From Pseudomonadota bacterium (GTDB lineage: Bacteria > Bdellovibrionota_B > Oligoflexia > Oligoflexales > CAIMVM01), in assembly GCA_037142195.1 (NCBI GenBank), contig JBAXBA010000001.1:64001-128000 (forward strand): a stretch of 64,000 bases of DNA, read 5' to 3'. The notes beneath the pieces were generated by a model. That model was given only the letters and a program-made list of their open reading frames with translations. It had not been told where the DNA came from and did no database searches. The stretch's first letter is position 1; each line of letters begins with the position of its first letter. A program made the position numbers and the translations under genes. This document shows, piece by piece, positions 37,618 to 47,580 of this stretch.

Positions 37618-38775
37618 TCAATGTAATGTGCTTAAAACTATGGTCGAGCAATCCTTCAAATCTTTTAGAGACTTGATCTGCTTTATAGACTCTATAAATG
37701 CATCTAAACTCGAAAAGCAAGCATACTTTTGTTCAATTTCTATTTGGTGGCCTAGATAGGTCTTTGAAGCAAGAACACGGGCATTATTCCACTTACTAGG
37801 ATCAGAGGCAACGTAACGGGCCTGATTTGTTTTGAGCTGACTTAAATGAGATTTAAAGATCTCTTCTTTTTTTTGCTTCATGTCTTGAGGCGGCAGGTCT
37901 CTATTGCCATATAGACCGCGGAGGTCGCTTTCTAAAGAAAGGAGCCACTGACTTGATTGATTTAAAGACGCGCGGGATTTCAAATAAGGCGCAAGTCCAA
38001 CGCCTCTTTTTTTAAGAAAAGCTAACGTTGCTTTTTCGGCAATAAATTCTGCCATATTTTCATTAAGGTCTACTCCACCAGAAATCCAGAATGTTCTATG
38101 AGTGAGCTCATGAAAGAGGAGGTGAGCTAAGTCTGATGGCTGTAACTCAAGCATACTAGGAAATAAAGGGTCTGGAAACCAACCCAGAGATGAAAAGGCT
38201 GCAACACGGCTGAGATTTACATCAAATCCTTTTTTTTCTAATTCACGCGCTTGCTCATCACGTTCATCCCGATCATAAAATCCTTTATAAGGCACCTCAC
38301 CAACAATGGGAAACCACCAAGTATAGCTCTTGAGCTCATAGGGATAGGCAGCAGACACCGACCAAGCGACCACATTATCTTTAGGAAAGACGACATGTCG
38401 ATAAGAGCTTCCCACAATTAAGCCCAAATCCTGGGCTTCCTTTAGAATGTCCCTAATCCAATCCTTGGTGTCTTGGCTAACGCTGGCTACATCTTCAAGG
38501 GGCTCCCGGCCCAAAAAAAGTTTTGTTTGTCGAAAAGCTTGTCGTGTCACATAGCAGCCTGAAAAAGCTGTGGAAAACAAAAGAAGTGCCAATCCTGATT
38601 TTATTTTCAAAGGGGGTCTCTCTGTGAAGGGCGTCCGGGTAGGAACCGGTGTCAAAAAGCCAGTCACAAGTATAGCAAGATCGTCAGCAGTTACCAGGGA
38701 TGCGCGAAATAACTTAGTTATAACGATAACTTGAGCCGCTTCTGCCGTGGCCTTCTTTTTGCTTAAGAGGTCCAT
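37618..38775 (-). CDS. Putative zinc aminopeptidase lipoprotein; the true start may lie near 38610
   Basis: Lipobox FSGC, WWFPIVG.VPYKGF, AFSSLGWF.DP, FHELTH followed by NENMAEF, and NNA. Confidence 0.8.
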   Translation of the reverse strand: MDLLSKKKATAEAAQVIVITKLFRASLVTADDLAILVTGFLTPVPTRTPFTERPPLKIKSGLALLLFSTAFSGCYVTRQAFRQTKLFLGREPLEDVASVSQDTKDWIRDILKEAQDLGLIVGSSYRHVVFPKDNVVAWSVSAAYPYELKSYTWWFPIVGEVPYKGFYDRDERDEQARELEKKGFDVNLSRVAAFSSLGWFPDPLFPSMLELQPSDLAHLLFHELTHRTFWISGGVDLNENMAEFIAEKATLAFLKKRGVGLAPYLKSRASLNQSSQWLLSLESDLRGLYGNRDLPPQDMKQKKEEIFKSHLSQLKTNQARYVASDPSKWNNARVLASKTYLGHQIEIEQKYACFSSLDAFIESIKQIKSLKDLKDCSTIVLSTLH

Positions 38776-38784
38776 GGCGTCCCT

Positions 38785-39867
38785 TTGGGGGTGCTATGGC
38801 AACGATCTCAAAAAGGGAAAACCATCATGCCGCCCCTTAAGCTCGACACCCTACCTAACGAGTCCGCTCTGACAGACAGAGTCCTCTTTTGTCATAAAAG
38901 AACGTTCATCTTTATGATCTTTTTATCATTTTATTCACACCGTGCTCTCTCACAGAGTCTTACCTTAGACGTTAAAAATAATAGTGAACGTAAACTCGTT
39001 GCCATTGAACCCGCAAATCCACAGCCCAGTTTTGAATATAAGTTTAGGTCTTGGGGAAGTGGTTTTTTGACACGTCTAACTAGAAAGCAAACGGGAGATA
39101 GCCCGACTTTGGTAAAACTTGCAAACGATTGGGCGGAGCCCAATGAATCCCAAGTGAGATATTCTCTAGGAATAAAAATGGTAATGCCCCACGAGCCCTC
39201 CAAAGACTCCCGACAGCTTTATAGCTATCTCTTAAGCTCGAGCTCTGGACTCATGGTGGAAGACCTCAACCAAAAACTCCCCATTTTAAAAATGTTTAGT
39301 TCCGGTTTGAATCTATCCGTTGATTTGATGAACCCATTTGGAGATGAGACCCTACCCGCCACGCAAACTACATTTAGTTATGTATTGGAAGATAAAAAAG
39401 GCGGCCAAGACCTGATCCTTGTGCCTCTAGTTGTCTCTAGGGCTCCTGAGGTTCCCAAAGCATCAAACCCCTCAAGCCTTCCTACTTGGAAGTTTAAAGG
39501 GTTGCTTAAGCCCAGTTTTGGTTCTGGACCAGGACTTACAATTGTATTGAATGAAGTCACAGGATTTTATCAGCTCGAAAAGAGTCTTGTGGGCGGTACT
39601 ACCTTCAATCAAAAGCTGTCGATCCCCATTCCTCAGAATCGCATCACTACAACTTTTGTTGCAAAAAAGGCTCAGATGACAGAAATAGATCCTTTTTATT
39701 TTCAAAGTGGTCGCTCGCTAAAATTTCAATACTTTCATATTGAGAAAAAAAACAACGTTATATTTGCCAAGAACTTCAATGGTGGAAAAATTGAATTTGT
39801 CACGACCTATACAAACCAATTTAGTTCCCTTAAATCTGCGACATTGGGTTATACATGTCAAATTTGA
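38785..39867 (+). CDS. Hypothetical exported beta-rich protein; start uncertain (possibly 38914)
   Basis: Long ORF with a signal-like MIFLSFYSHRALSQ segment and a beta-strand-like C-terminal half. Confidence 0.55.
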   Translation: MGVLWQRSQKGKTIMPPLKLDTLPNESALTDRVLFCHKRTFIFMIFLSFYSHRALSQSLTLDVKNNSERKLVAIEPANPQPSFEYKFRSWGSGFLTRLTRKQTGDSPTLVKLANDWAEPNESQVRYSLGIKMVMPHEPSKDSRQLYSYLLSSSSGLMVEDLNQKLPILKMFSSGLNLSVDLMNPFGDETLPATQTTFSYVLEDKKGGQDLILVPLVVSRAPEVPKASNPSSLPTWKFKGLLKPSFGSGPGLTIVLNEVTGFYQLEKSLVGGTTFNQKLSIPIPQNRITTTFVAKKAQMTEIDPFYFQSGRSLKFQYFHIEKKNNVIFAKNFNGGKIEFVTTYTNQFSSLKSATLGYTCQI

Positions 39868-41117
39868 CGCCAGTCTTTATATTCAAATCTCTGCACCGGA
39901 TCCAAAGTTTGTTCTAACAGATGGCTTGGGATCCACGCCTCTGGCTCATGGGTGCGCGTATCTCTGAATTCCCCAAAAGACTTGGTGATTTCATCGCCTA
40001 TCTTCTCACAAAGAGAACGGTAGGACGTGTATTTACCACCATAGATCGTGATGAAGAAGCCCCGGCCTGAATAATGATAGCCGAGAGAATGTTCTCTAGA
40101 CGTAGAAGAAATACTCTGACCTTGATCCACAGCAAGCCATCTCAGGCCAGAAAATGTTTGAATGATATTTTCTTTTCTAAGCTTAGGATCCAGATACTCA
40201 TTGCAGCCATTTAAGAGGTAGTCAATTTCTTCTTCAGAAATCTTGACGTCATTAGGTGATTCAGACCATAGCTTTTCCGTTGTTCCTAATAGAGTCACCC
40301 CTTGCCAAGGAGTTAAAAAGAAAATACGACCATCTCGAGGTGACTCTAAAAAAAGTCCCGACTTGATCCCCATATCCGGAAAAATGAGGTGAGATCCTTG
40401 ATTGTTGATGGCGCGATGGGTGGGAATCAGATTGCTTTGATGGAGAACTTCATGGGCCCAAGGACCTGCAGCATTGATCACCACGAGAGCTTTGAGATGC
40501 TGCGCCTTTCCGGACTCATCTGTATAGTCAACGATCCAGCCATCTTGATCTTTGTTCACGCTTGTAACAGTAGCTCCTTCCACAAGCTCACCCCCAAGAA
40601 ACCTACCGGATGCAGCCACGCGACGGACAAGTGCTAGGTCATCCATTTGACCATCATAAAAACTAAAAGCACAATTAATTTTTTCGGCATTTAGACAAGG
40701 AATTTTTGCTTTTGCTTCCGCAGTGCTTAATCCACGATGTCGTTCTAGATGATAGCTGCCTGCTAGAGTGTCATAAAGAGTTAAGCCTGCTTTAATCATG
40801 AAGCGATTCCTACCGCCCTTTTTTAGAATGGGTAATACAAGTTCAATCGGCTTTACAATGTCTGGAACGATATCCATAAGAGTCTTGCGCTCTTTTAGGG
40901 ACTCCCTTACCATTCCGAACTGACTTATGCGCTGCAAGTATCTTAATCCGCCATGGACTAACTTAGTGGACCGCGAACTCGTTCCCACACCGATTCGGTT
41001 CTTCTCCAGAAGGATCACATCTTTCCATCCTCTAGACGTCAAATCATGAAGAATGCCTGCACCGTGGATCCCCCCACCAATAATGGCAACTCTTACCCTT
41101 TTTAAATCTTTTTGCAT
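39858..41117 (-). CDS. glpD: FAD-dependent glycerol-3-phosphate dehydrogenase/oxidase
   Basis: IIGGGIHGAG, GTSSRSTKLVHGGLRYL, GLTLYD, INAAGPW, GSH, DGR.FF, SREH, GGKYTSYR. Confidence 0.92.
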   Translation of the reverse strand: MQKDLKRVRVAIIGGGIHGAGILHDLTSRGWKDVILLEKNRIGVGTSSRSTKLVHGGLRYLQRISQFGMVRESLKERKTLMDIVPDIVKPIELVLPILKKGGRNRFMIKAGLTLYDTLAGSYHLERHRGLSTAEAKAKIPCLNAEKINCAFSFYDGQMDDLALVRRVAASGRFLGGELVEGATVTSVNKDQDGWIVDYTDESGKAQHLKALVVINAAGPWAHEVLHQSNLIPTHRAINNQGSHLIFPDMGIKSGLFLESPRDGRIFFLTPWQGVTLLGTTEKLWSESPNDVKISEEEIDYLLNGCNEYLDPKLRKENIIQTFSGLRWLAVDQGQSISSTSREHSLGYHYSGRGFFITIYGGKYTSYRSLCEKIGDEITKSFGEFRDTRTHEPEAWIPSHLLEQTLDPVQRFEYKDWRQI

Positions 41118-41184
41118 ATTTATTGCTCACCCGTGAAGTTTCTTGACGAGATTTCCCCAAATTTATACGACATTGAGATTATAC

Positions 41185-41193
41185 TGCTATAAT
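41185..41193 (+). promoter_or_regulatory. Extended -10 element for the PilZ gene
   Basis: TGCTATAAT ends 27 nt upstream of the ATG at 41221. Confidence 0.5.
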
Positions 41194-41220
41194 AGTAACT
41201 CACCAACATTGCGGGTCCCT

Positions 41221-41604
41221 ATGGCAGACAAAGAACAAACAAATGACCAGATTGATCGTCGCACCCGGTATACCTCTCATGCCTTGATTGAGGTGAGAAG
41301 GTGGCGTTTTTGGCCCTTTGGGGTTACTAGCGGTGTATTACTCGATATGAGTATAGATGGCTTCAAACTCGAATTTACTTCCGAATATACTTGCAAAACT
41401 CTGGATAGGCTTTGGATCACCTTACCACTCGGACCACTTGGAATTGTAGCACCGATGCGCCTTTCCCTCCCAGTTGAAGTTCGATGGTTTGACAGTCGAA
41501 GGTTTCGCATTGGAGGTGTCTATTTGGGGCTAACTTCTGACCAAAAAATCATTGTCCAAAAAGTCGTTAAGTCCCTTAAAGAGCGCGGATTGGACAAAGT
41601 GTAG
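41221..41604 (+). CDS. Stand-alone PilZ-domain protein (c-di-GMP receptor)
   Basis: RxxxR (DRRTRY, degenerate) and DxSxxG (DMSIDG), EVRW, IGG.Y. Confidence 0.8.
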   Translation: MADKEQTNDQIDRRTRYTSHALIEVRRWRFWPFGVTSGVLLDMSIDGFKLEFTSEYTCKTLDRLWITLPLGPLGIVAPMRLSLPVEVRWFDSRRFRIGGVYLGLTSDQKIIVQKVVKSLKERGLDKV

Positions 41605-41883
41605 CCCTCATGGCTGTTTCTCCGATTTGAGCCACTCACCGAGTGCCTGAGAATTGTCGAGCGTAACCTCAATATAAAGTCATTTCCTGAGCAATAGGAA
41701 ACCCATAGAACTCAGTACTCCATCATCCTCTTTTGTCTTTTTAGAATCTGATCCCGTTTATAGAGAGCAATAAAAATTGCCTATAGAACCTAAAATGTAG
41801 GAAAATAGATAGGCTTGAACCTTATGGACATAAGAATGGTCCCAGGAATTTTAAGAAAATAACCGTTGGCAGGAGCAAAATAA

Positions 41884-43209
41884 ATGTCGATTACCAAATA
41901 TCGAGAAAAGACCCCCCAAGGCAATCGAAAACCCGTTATTATCGATGGCGCCCGGAGCCCGTTTGTAAAGTCGTTTGGTGTTTTTGAAGACTCAGACTCT
42001 CTAGAACTTTTTTCTCGAGTGGTTGATGGTCTCCTGAGAAAGGTCGCCATTGATGCCCAGCAAATCGACGAGATCATTGCCGGTGTTGTAATACCACAAA
42101 CTAAAAATCCAAACGTCGCAAGGGATACCATACTCAATTTGGGACTTCCGCTCCATATTCATGGATCTACACTGAATCGTGCTTGTACTTCAAGTTTGCA
42201 AGCTATAGCAGACGCTGCAAAAACAATTTCCTTTGGCCACCCCAGCTTTATCGTCGCTGGGGGAATAGAGGTCCTATCAGATGTGCCCATTGTATATTCT
42301 AAAGAGGCTCGAAAGTTTTTAGTCAAACTTTCTAAAGCAAAATCTACCGCCGCGAAGCTGGAAATTATCGGTAAATTCTCTGCTAAAGCCTGGCTTCCAA
42401 AGTCTCCAGAACTTACAGAACCCATGACCGGACTCACGATGGGTGAGCATGCAGAAATCATGGCAAAGCTCAACCACATATCCAGGCGCGATCAAGATCA
42501 ATTTGCCGTAATGTCTCACCAAAAAGCCTCCAAAGCTCAAGATGCTGGCTTTTTAGCCCAAGAAATCATTCCCATCTGGCCGGGGCCGAAGTTTGAAGTT
42601 TGTATAGATTCCGACAACATCATAAGAAAAGACACCAATATTGAAGGCATTTCCAATCTGAAACCAGTGTTCGATAGAAAATATGGCACCTTAACTGCTG
42701 CAAACTCTTCACCATTAACAGACGGATCCGCTGCAGTATTGATTGGCGATGAAGAAGTGGCTTTAAGATTGGGCTTAAAGCCAAAAGCAAGAATCCTTGA
42801 TTTCGACTTTGTGGGAGTAGATCCTGCAGATCAACTTCTCATTGGTCCAGCCATTACCATTCCTAGAATATTGAACCGAAATCAATTGACTCTCGATGAT
42901 ATTGATCGATTTGAAATCCATGAGGCTTTTGCGGCACAGGTTTTAAGCTGTCTAAGATCGCTAGAGTCTAAGGACTTTGCAGAAAAATGGTTCGGTCAAT
43001 CCAAAGCCTACGGTTCCGTACCTGAGGAAAAACTTAATGTTAACGGTGGAGCCTTAGCCATAGGACATCCTTTTGGTGCAACCGGAGCGCGCCTTGTGAC
43101 TTCTTTGACCTATGAGTTAGAGCGCAGCAAAAAAAGACTGGGCTTAATTGCTATTTGTGCCGCTGGGGGCATGGCCGCAAGTATCCTTATTGAAAGAATT
43201 GAGGGTTAA
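41884..43209 (+). CDS. fadI: 3-ketoacyl-CoA thiolase (FadI type)
   Basis: NRACTSS, MGEHAE, TAANSSPLTDG, EIHEAFAAQ, GGALAIGHPFGATG, ICAAGG. Confidence 0.93.
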   Translation: MSITKYREKTPQGNRKPVIIDGARSPFVKSFGVFEDSDSLELFSRVVDGLLRKVAIDAQQIDEIIAGVVIPQTKNPNVARDTILNLGLPLHIHGSTLNRACTSSLQAIADAAKTISFGHPSFIVAGGIEVLSDVPIVYSKEARKFLVKLSKAKSTAAKLEIIGKFSAKAWLPKSPELTEPMTGLTMGEHAEIMAKLNHISRRDQDQFAVMSHQKASKAQDAGFLAQEIIPIWPGPKFEVCIDSDNIIRKDTNIEGISNLKPVFDRKYGTLTAANSSPLTDGSAAVLIGDEEVALRLGLKPKARILDFDFVGVDPADQLLIGPAITIPRILNRNQLTLDDIDRFEIHEAFAAQVLSCLRSLESKDFAEKWFGQSKAYGSVPEEKLNVNGGALAIGHPFGATGARLVTSLTYELERSKKRLGLIAICAAGGMAASILIERIEG

Positions 43210-43211
43210 CG

Positions 43212-45395
43212 ATGAACAGACACTTTAACTTAGAAATCACTAGCAAAAAAGTTGCCGTTTTAACGTTTAAAAATATCACTCTAGAGATGAATGTTTTAAG
43301 TGAAGAGGTTTTGAAGGAACTCGATGGATTTCTAGACGATTTCAAAGGAAACAAGGAAATTAAAGGGCTCGTCATTATCAGTGGACGCCCAGATCAATTT
43401 ATCGTCGGGGCCAGCATCGAAGAAATTTCTTATTTTACTTCGGCAAACCAAGCCGCCAACGGCGCGACCTCAATGCAGTCCATTTATAATAAGCTCGATT
43501 CCCTTGGTATCCCGACCGTTGCCGCAATCCATGGAAACTGCTTAGGAGGCGGCCTCGAAATGTCTCTGGCTTGCAAGTGGCGAGTGGTCACGACAGAGCC
43601 TAATACCCGATTAGCCTTGCCTGAAATTCAGCTCGGCCTGATTCCTGGAGCCGGAGGAACCCAAAGGCTTCCAAGACTCATCGGAATTCAAGCAGCTCTC
43701 GATATGATATTGACGGGAAGACGCCTAAACGGAACTAAAGCCCTAAAGTGTGGCCTAGCAGATGCTTTGGTACCCAAGGACCTACTTCTTTCCACGGCCA
43801 TCGAGTTCGCTACTAAAAAAAGAACTTCTGAAAACAAATCTCCTAGCAGAGGATTTGGCCAAGATCTGACTCGTTGGGCTTTAGAAGGAAATCCCATCGG
43901 TCGCAGCACCATGTATAGCGCTGCTAAAAAGAATGTCGATGAAAAAACAAAAGGACACTATCCGGCGGCCTATAAAGCCCTCGCTGCTGTATTTGAAGGG
44001 TTTGACAAGTCCTTAACCGAAGGCTTAAAACTTGAGGCAAGTCTCTTTGGAGAGCTCGCCATGACCCAAGTGAGCCAAAGCCTCATCCACCTCTTTCATG
44101 CGACTACAGCTCTTAAGAAGAATCCTTATAGAAAAGAGCGAGATGCCAAGTTTGGGGATCGACCGGTCTCTAAGGTCGGCGTCATCGGAGCAGGCTTTAT
44201 GGGTGCTGGAATTGCCACAGTGTGCGCAGATAAAAACCTTAAGGTCCTTATTTCAGACCCAAGTAAAGATTCCATTGCAAAAGGTCTTAAGTCGGCTAGA
44301 ACTTTTTTTGGCAAAAAGCTCGATCAAAAAAGAATCAAGACATTTGAGGCCTCTGCTGCACTCGCCCGTATTTCACCAGGACTAAATACCATAGGATTTG
44401 AGAATACTGATATCACGATAGAAGCAGCCCCTGAAGTTCTCGCAATCAAACAAAAGATTCTCACAGACCTCGAAAAGACAGCCGGCGAGAATTGGATTTT
44501 TGCTACGAACACTTCGGCATTGCCCTTAGCTGAAATCGCCTCGTCAGCGAAGGATCCAGCTCGCGTTGTCGGCATGCACTTTTTTTCTCCTGTCGAAAAA
44601 ATGACTTTGCTAGAAATTGTGAAGACAAAAGCCTCAGCGCCTTGGGCTGTGGGACGTGCCTTTGAACTAGGTCAAGCCATGGGAAAGACCATTATCGTCG
44701 TTAATGATGGCCCTGGTTTTTATACGACGAGAGCACTTGCATTCTTCTTAGCAGAAGCCGCAACCTTGTTACTAGAGGGGCAAAGCATTGACAAAATTGA
44801 CAAGGCTTTAGTCGACTTTGGGTTTCCGGTCGGGCCATTGGCTCTCATCGACGAGGTGGGCCTCGATATAGGGCAACATGTTTTAGAGACCATTGAAAAA
44901 GCCTTTCCAGAACGCCTTAAACAGCCTGCTGGCTTTGATGCTATCTTAAAGTCGGGTCGTCTCGGAAGAAAAAATGGGAAGGGATTTTACCGCTATGATT
45001 CGGGAGAGAAAAAAGGCACGGATGAAAGTATTTTAGAACTTCTCCCCATTCAGAAAAGCTCCACCAAACTTAGCTCATCTGAAATTGTGGATCGATGCCT
45101 GTACGTCTTTATGAATGAAACAGCACGCTGCTTAGATGAAGGAATTTTGTCCTCACCATATGATGGCGACATTGGGGCGGTTTTCGGTTTAGGGTTCCCT
45201 GCATTTTGGGGCGGTCCCCTTAAATCCATCGATCTTTTGGGTATTGAAAAGGTCTATTCTAAGCTCCAAAACTTTGAAAAGCAGTTCGGTCCAAGATACG
45301 CACCTGCTCGTTCGATTCAGTCTGCTTATGAAAAGAAGACTCTGTTTTTTCCAAGTGAGCCGGTAAAAGGAGATTTGCGCCACAAGGAGTCCTAG
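43212..45395 (+). CDS. fadJ: Fatty acid oxidation complex alpha subunit (FadJ type)
   Basis: Crotonase domain (GGGLE, LPEIQLGLIPGAGGTQRLPRL) plus hydroxyacyl-CoA dehydrogenase domain (GAGFMGAG, TNTSAL, GMHFFSP). Confidence 0.95.
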   Translation: MNRHFNLEITSKKVAVLTFKNITLEMNVLSEEVLKELDGFLDDFKGNKEIKGLVIISGRPDQFIVGASIEEISYFTSANQAANGATSMQSIYNKLDSLGIPTVAAIHGNCLGGGLEMSLACKWRVVTTEPNTRLALPEIQLGLIPGAGGTQRLPRLIGIQAALDMILTGRRLNGTKALKCGLADALVPKDLLLSTAIEFATKKRTSENKSPSRGFGQDLTRWALEGNPIGRSTMYSAAKKNVDEKTKGHYPAAYKALAAVFEGFDKSLTEGLKLEASLFGELAMTQVSQSLIHLFHATTALKKNPYRKERDAKFGDRPVSKVGVIGAGFMGAGIATVCADKNLKVLISDPSKDSIAKGLKSARTFFGKKLDQKRIKTFEASAALARISPGLNTIGFENTDITIEAAPEVLAIKQKILTDLEKTAGENWIFATNTSALPLAEIASSAKDPARVVGMHFFSPVEKMTLLEIVKTKASAPWAVGRAFELGQAMGKTIIVVNDGPGFYTTRALAFFLAEAATLLLEGQSIDKIDKALVDFGFPVGPLALIDEVGLDIGQHVLETIEKAFPERLKQPAGFDAILKSGRLGRKNGKGFYRYDSGEKKGTDESILELLPIQKSSTKLSSSEIVDRCLYVFMNETARCLDEGILSSPYDGDIGAVFGLGFPAFWGGPLKSIDLLGIEKVYSKLQNFEKQFGPRYAPARSIQSAYEKKTLFFPSEPVKGDLRHKES

Positions 45396-45422
45396 AAGCC
45401 TCGTGTGTCTCTTATTGGAATC

Positions 45423-45842
45423 CTAGCGAACTTGATTTGCGGAATCGCGAAGGGCTTCTTCGGGGGACAGACGAGGAAGATGGAAAGTCCGGGTTCCTTT
45501 TTCCCTCTGAATAGCAAAGGGCAGAGAGGGTGCGCTGACTCTTCCCGAAATCGACATAGGTTCGATGGAAACAAATTCTGACTGGTCGTCAAAAAAAGGG
45601 TCGCGTTTACTTATCTTCTTTGCTTTTGGTTTTTGAACTTCTAGCAAGGGCGGGGTCCCAACATGAAGGGATGGAGATACCAAATACTTGGTTTCTAAGG
45701 GCTGTCCTCGGCTAATTACGGTAGGACTCCAAGGAACTTCAGGCAAATTGAATACAGAGTTGCCCGCAAGGGATATACTCGCCAGGCCCCACATAAGTGC
45801 CATTACTCCCATATTTTTAGCCCGTTGCATATAAAGCGCCAT
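45423..45842 (-). CDS. Small exported hypothetical protein with a GltF/CglF-like C-terminal motif
   Basis: Strong RBS GGAGGAGGG, signal peptide (SLA|G), and ISGRVSAP...F.IQR. Confidence 0.6.
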   Translation of the reverse strand: MALYMQRAKNMGVMALMWGLASISLAGNSVFNLPEVPWSPTVISRGQPLETKYLVSPSLHVGTPPLLEVQKPKAKKISKRDPFFDDQSEFVSIEPMSISGRVSAPSLPFAIQREKGTRTFHLPRLSPEEALRDSANQVR

Positions 45843-45952
45843 TTCTTTTCCCTCCTCCTTTCTGATTATCGCCCCTGGAGGGTTAAAGCTTTAAGTCCAG
45901 AGCCAGTTAAGAACTTCCTACCCACTGCCGATAAGACCTAAGTGGAGAGCTC

Positions 45953-47458
45953 ATGACCCATCTACTTATTACGCGAGGCGCAGAAGCAGGCACCAGAGTT
46001 GTTCTGAGTGGCTTTCCCGTGTCTATTGGCCGGGATGAATCTAATGAAGTGAGCCTTCAAGATTCAGAAGTCTCAAGGCACCATGCTCGAATCAAACAAA
46101 ATGGCCGCTTATTTATTCTAGAAGATTTGGAATCTAAAAATGGTGTCTACTTAAACGGCGACAAAATTCTCAACTCTATTGTAAACAATGAGGATAGAAT
46201 TTTAATCGGTTCTACGGAACTGGTCTTCTTTGCCAATGCCCAAGACATTCATTTGGCCGGGGATCTCATGGCTCTGGAGTTTTCCTACAGTGAAGATCCT
46301 GAGCTCTCGCAGCCACTTCATCTTGACCGTGAGCCGCCCTATTCTGGCGCAGAACCAAAGCGAATCATTCTTTCACATGCTATTGACCAAATTTCAGCAG
46401 ACTATGGGGCTACCAAAGAGATTTTCGACTGTCTGACTACCTTTGAATCTAGAACGGATATGAAAGAGTTAGGTCAGTCCATTTTAAAAAGTTTAGGTGC
46501 TATGATTCCGGGGTGTACCAAAGGTTGTATTTTTTTATGGGACTCTTTAGGCAGAAATCTAGTGGCTCTTTCCTCTCTTCACTTTGGAACTCAAAAAGAA
46601 AATTTTGCCATCTCAAAACGCGCGCATCAAGATGCCATTAACCGTAAGCAGGCGCTTATTTTAATACCCAATGTAACTGACTCGACGATCATTGGCCAAG
46701 CTCGCATTATTATTCCCTGCATAAGCCGCGGCGAAGTGATTGCAACGATTCATCTTGAGACATCTCAGCCCATTCATGTCCTCAATTCTTTTGCTGTCTC
46801 CCAAGTCATTGCTCTAGCAGCTAAAGCAACTCCTTTTATTGACAACTTGGTTTTGCGTCGCGAACAAGACGTCTGGCTCATAGGCATGATTGAATCTATG
46901 ATTGCAACAATAGAAGCCAAAGACACCTATACACTTGGGCATTCCGAAAGGGTCTGCAAATACTCCATGGGGATTGCCGAAGAGCTTCAGCTGAATCGCG
47001 AGCTAAAGAAACAACTGATGATTTCCAGTCTTTGTCACGATATCGGAAAAATAGGCGTGCCGGATGCCATTCTAAAAAAAGCGGCCCTTCTCTCCAATGA
47101 AGAGTATGAAGAAATGAAGTTACATCCGGTCATTGGAGCAAAAATAATCGAGAAACTTCCCAATGCTAAGCGTTTTTTAGGAGGTATCAAGTATCATCAT
47201 GAAAAATTTGATGGCACAGGATACCCCGAGGGCCTTGAAGGGGAAAGAATTCCATTTTTTGGCCGTATCGTTGCTTTAGCAGATGCTTTTGATGCCATGA
47301 TTTCGGGTCGGTCCTATTCCGGTTTTATGGAGGCTCCTGAGGCCATTGAAAAACTGCATGAAGAAGCTGAACTTTTTGACCCAGAAATATTGAAGGCCTT
47401 TACACGGGCTTGGGAAAATGGTCTCGTCACGCAAAAAAGCGATACTAAAGCGCGCTAA
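45953..47458 (+). CDS. FHA-GAF-HD-GYP cyclic di-GMP phosphodiesterase
   Basis: FHA (IGR, VSRHHA, DLESKNG), a GAF-like middle, and HD-GYP (KDTYT.GHSERV, HDIGK, HHEKFDGTGYP, ADAFDAM). Confidence 0.92.
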   Translation: MTHLLITRGAEAGTRVVLSGFPVSIGRDESNEVSLQDSEVSRHHARIKQNGRLFILEDLESKNGVYLNGDKILNSIVNNEDRILIGSTELVFFANAQDIHLAGDLMALEFSYSEDPELSQPLHLDREPPYSGAEPKRIILSHAIDQISADYGATKEIFDCLTTFESRTDMKELGQSILKSLGAMIPGCTKGCIFLWDSLGRNLVALSSLHFGTQKENFAISKRAHQDAINRKQALILIPNVTDSTIIGQARIIIPCISRGEVIATIHLETSQPIHVLNSFAVSQVIALAAKATPFIDNLVLRREQDVWLIGMIESMIATIEAKDTYTLGHSERVCKYSMGIAEELQLNRELKKQLMISSLCHDIGKIGVPDAILKKAALLSNEEYEEMKLHPVIGAKIIEKLPNAKRFLGGIKYHHEKFDGTGYPEGLEGERIPFFGRIVALADAFDAMISGRSYSGFMEAPEAIEKLHEEAELFDPEILKAFTRAWENGLVTQKSDTKAR

Positions 47459-47580
47459 CTCATGACGAATAATGTAATTTTTTACTGGATTTGAAAATGC
47501 CCCAAAAAATTATCCTCTTTCAAACCCTAACCTCTTCGGATCAGTTAGAGTTATAATCTTCCTATAAACTATGGAAAAGG

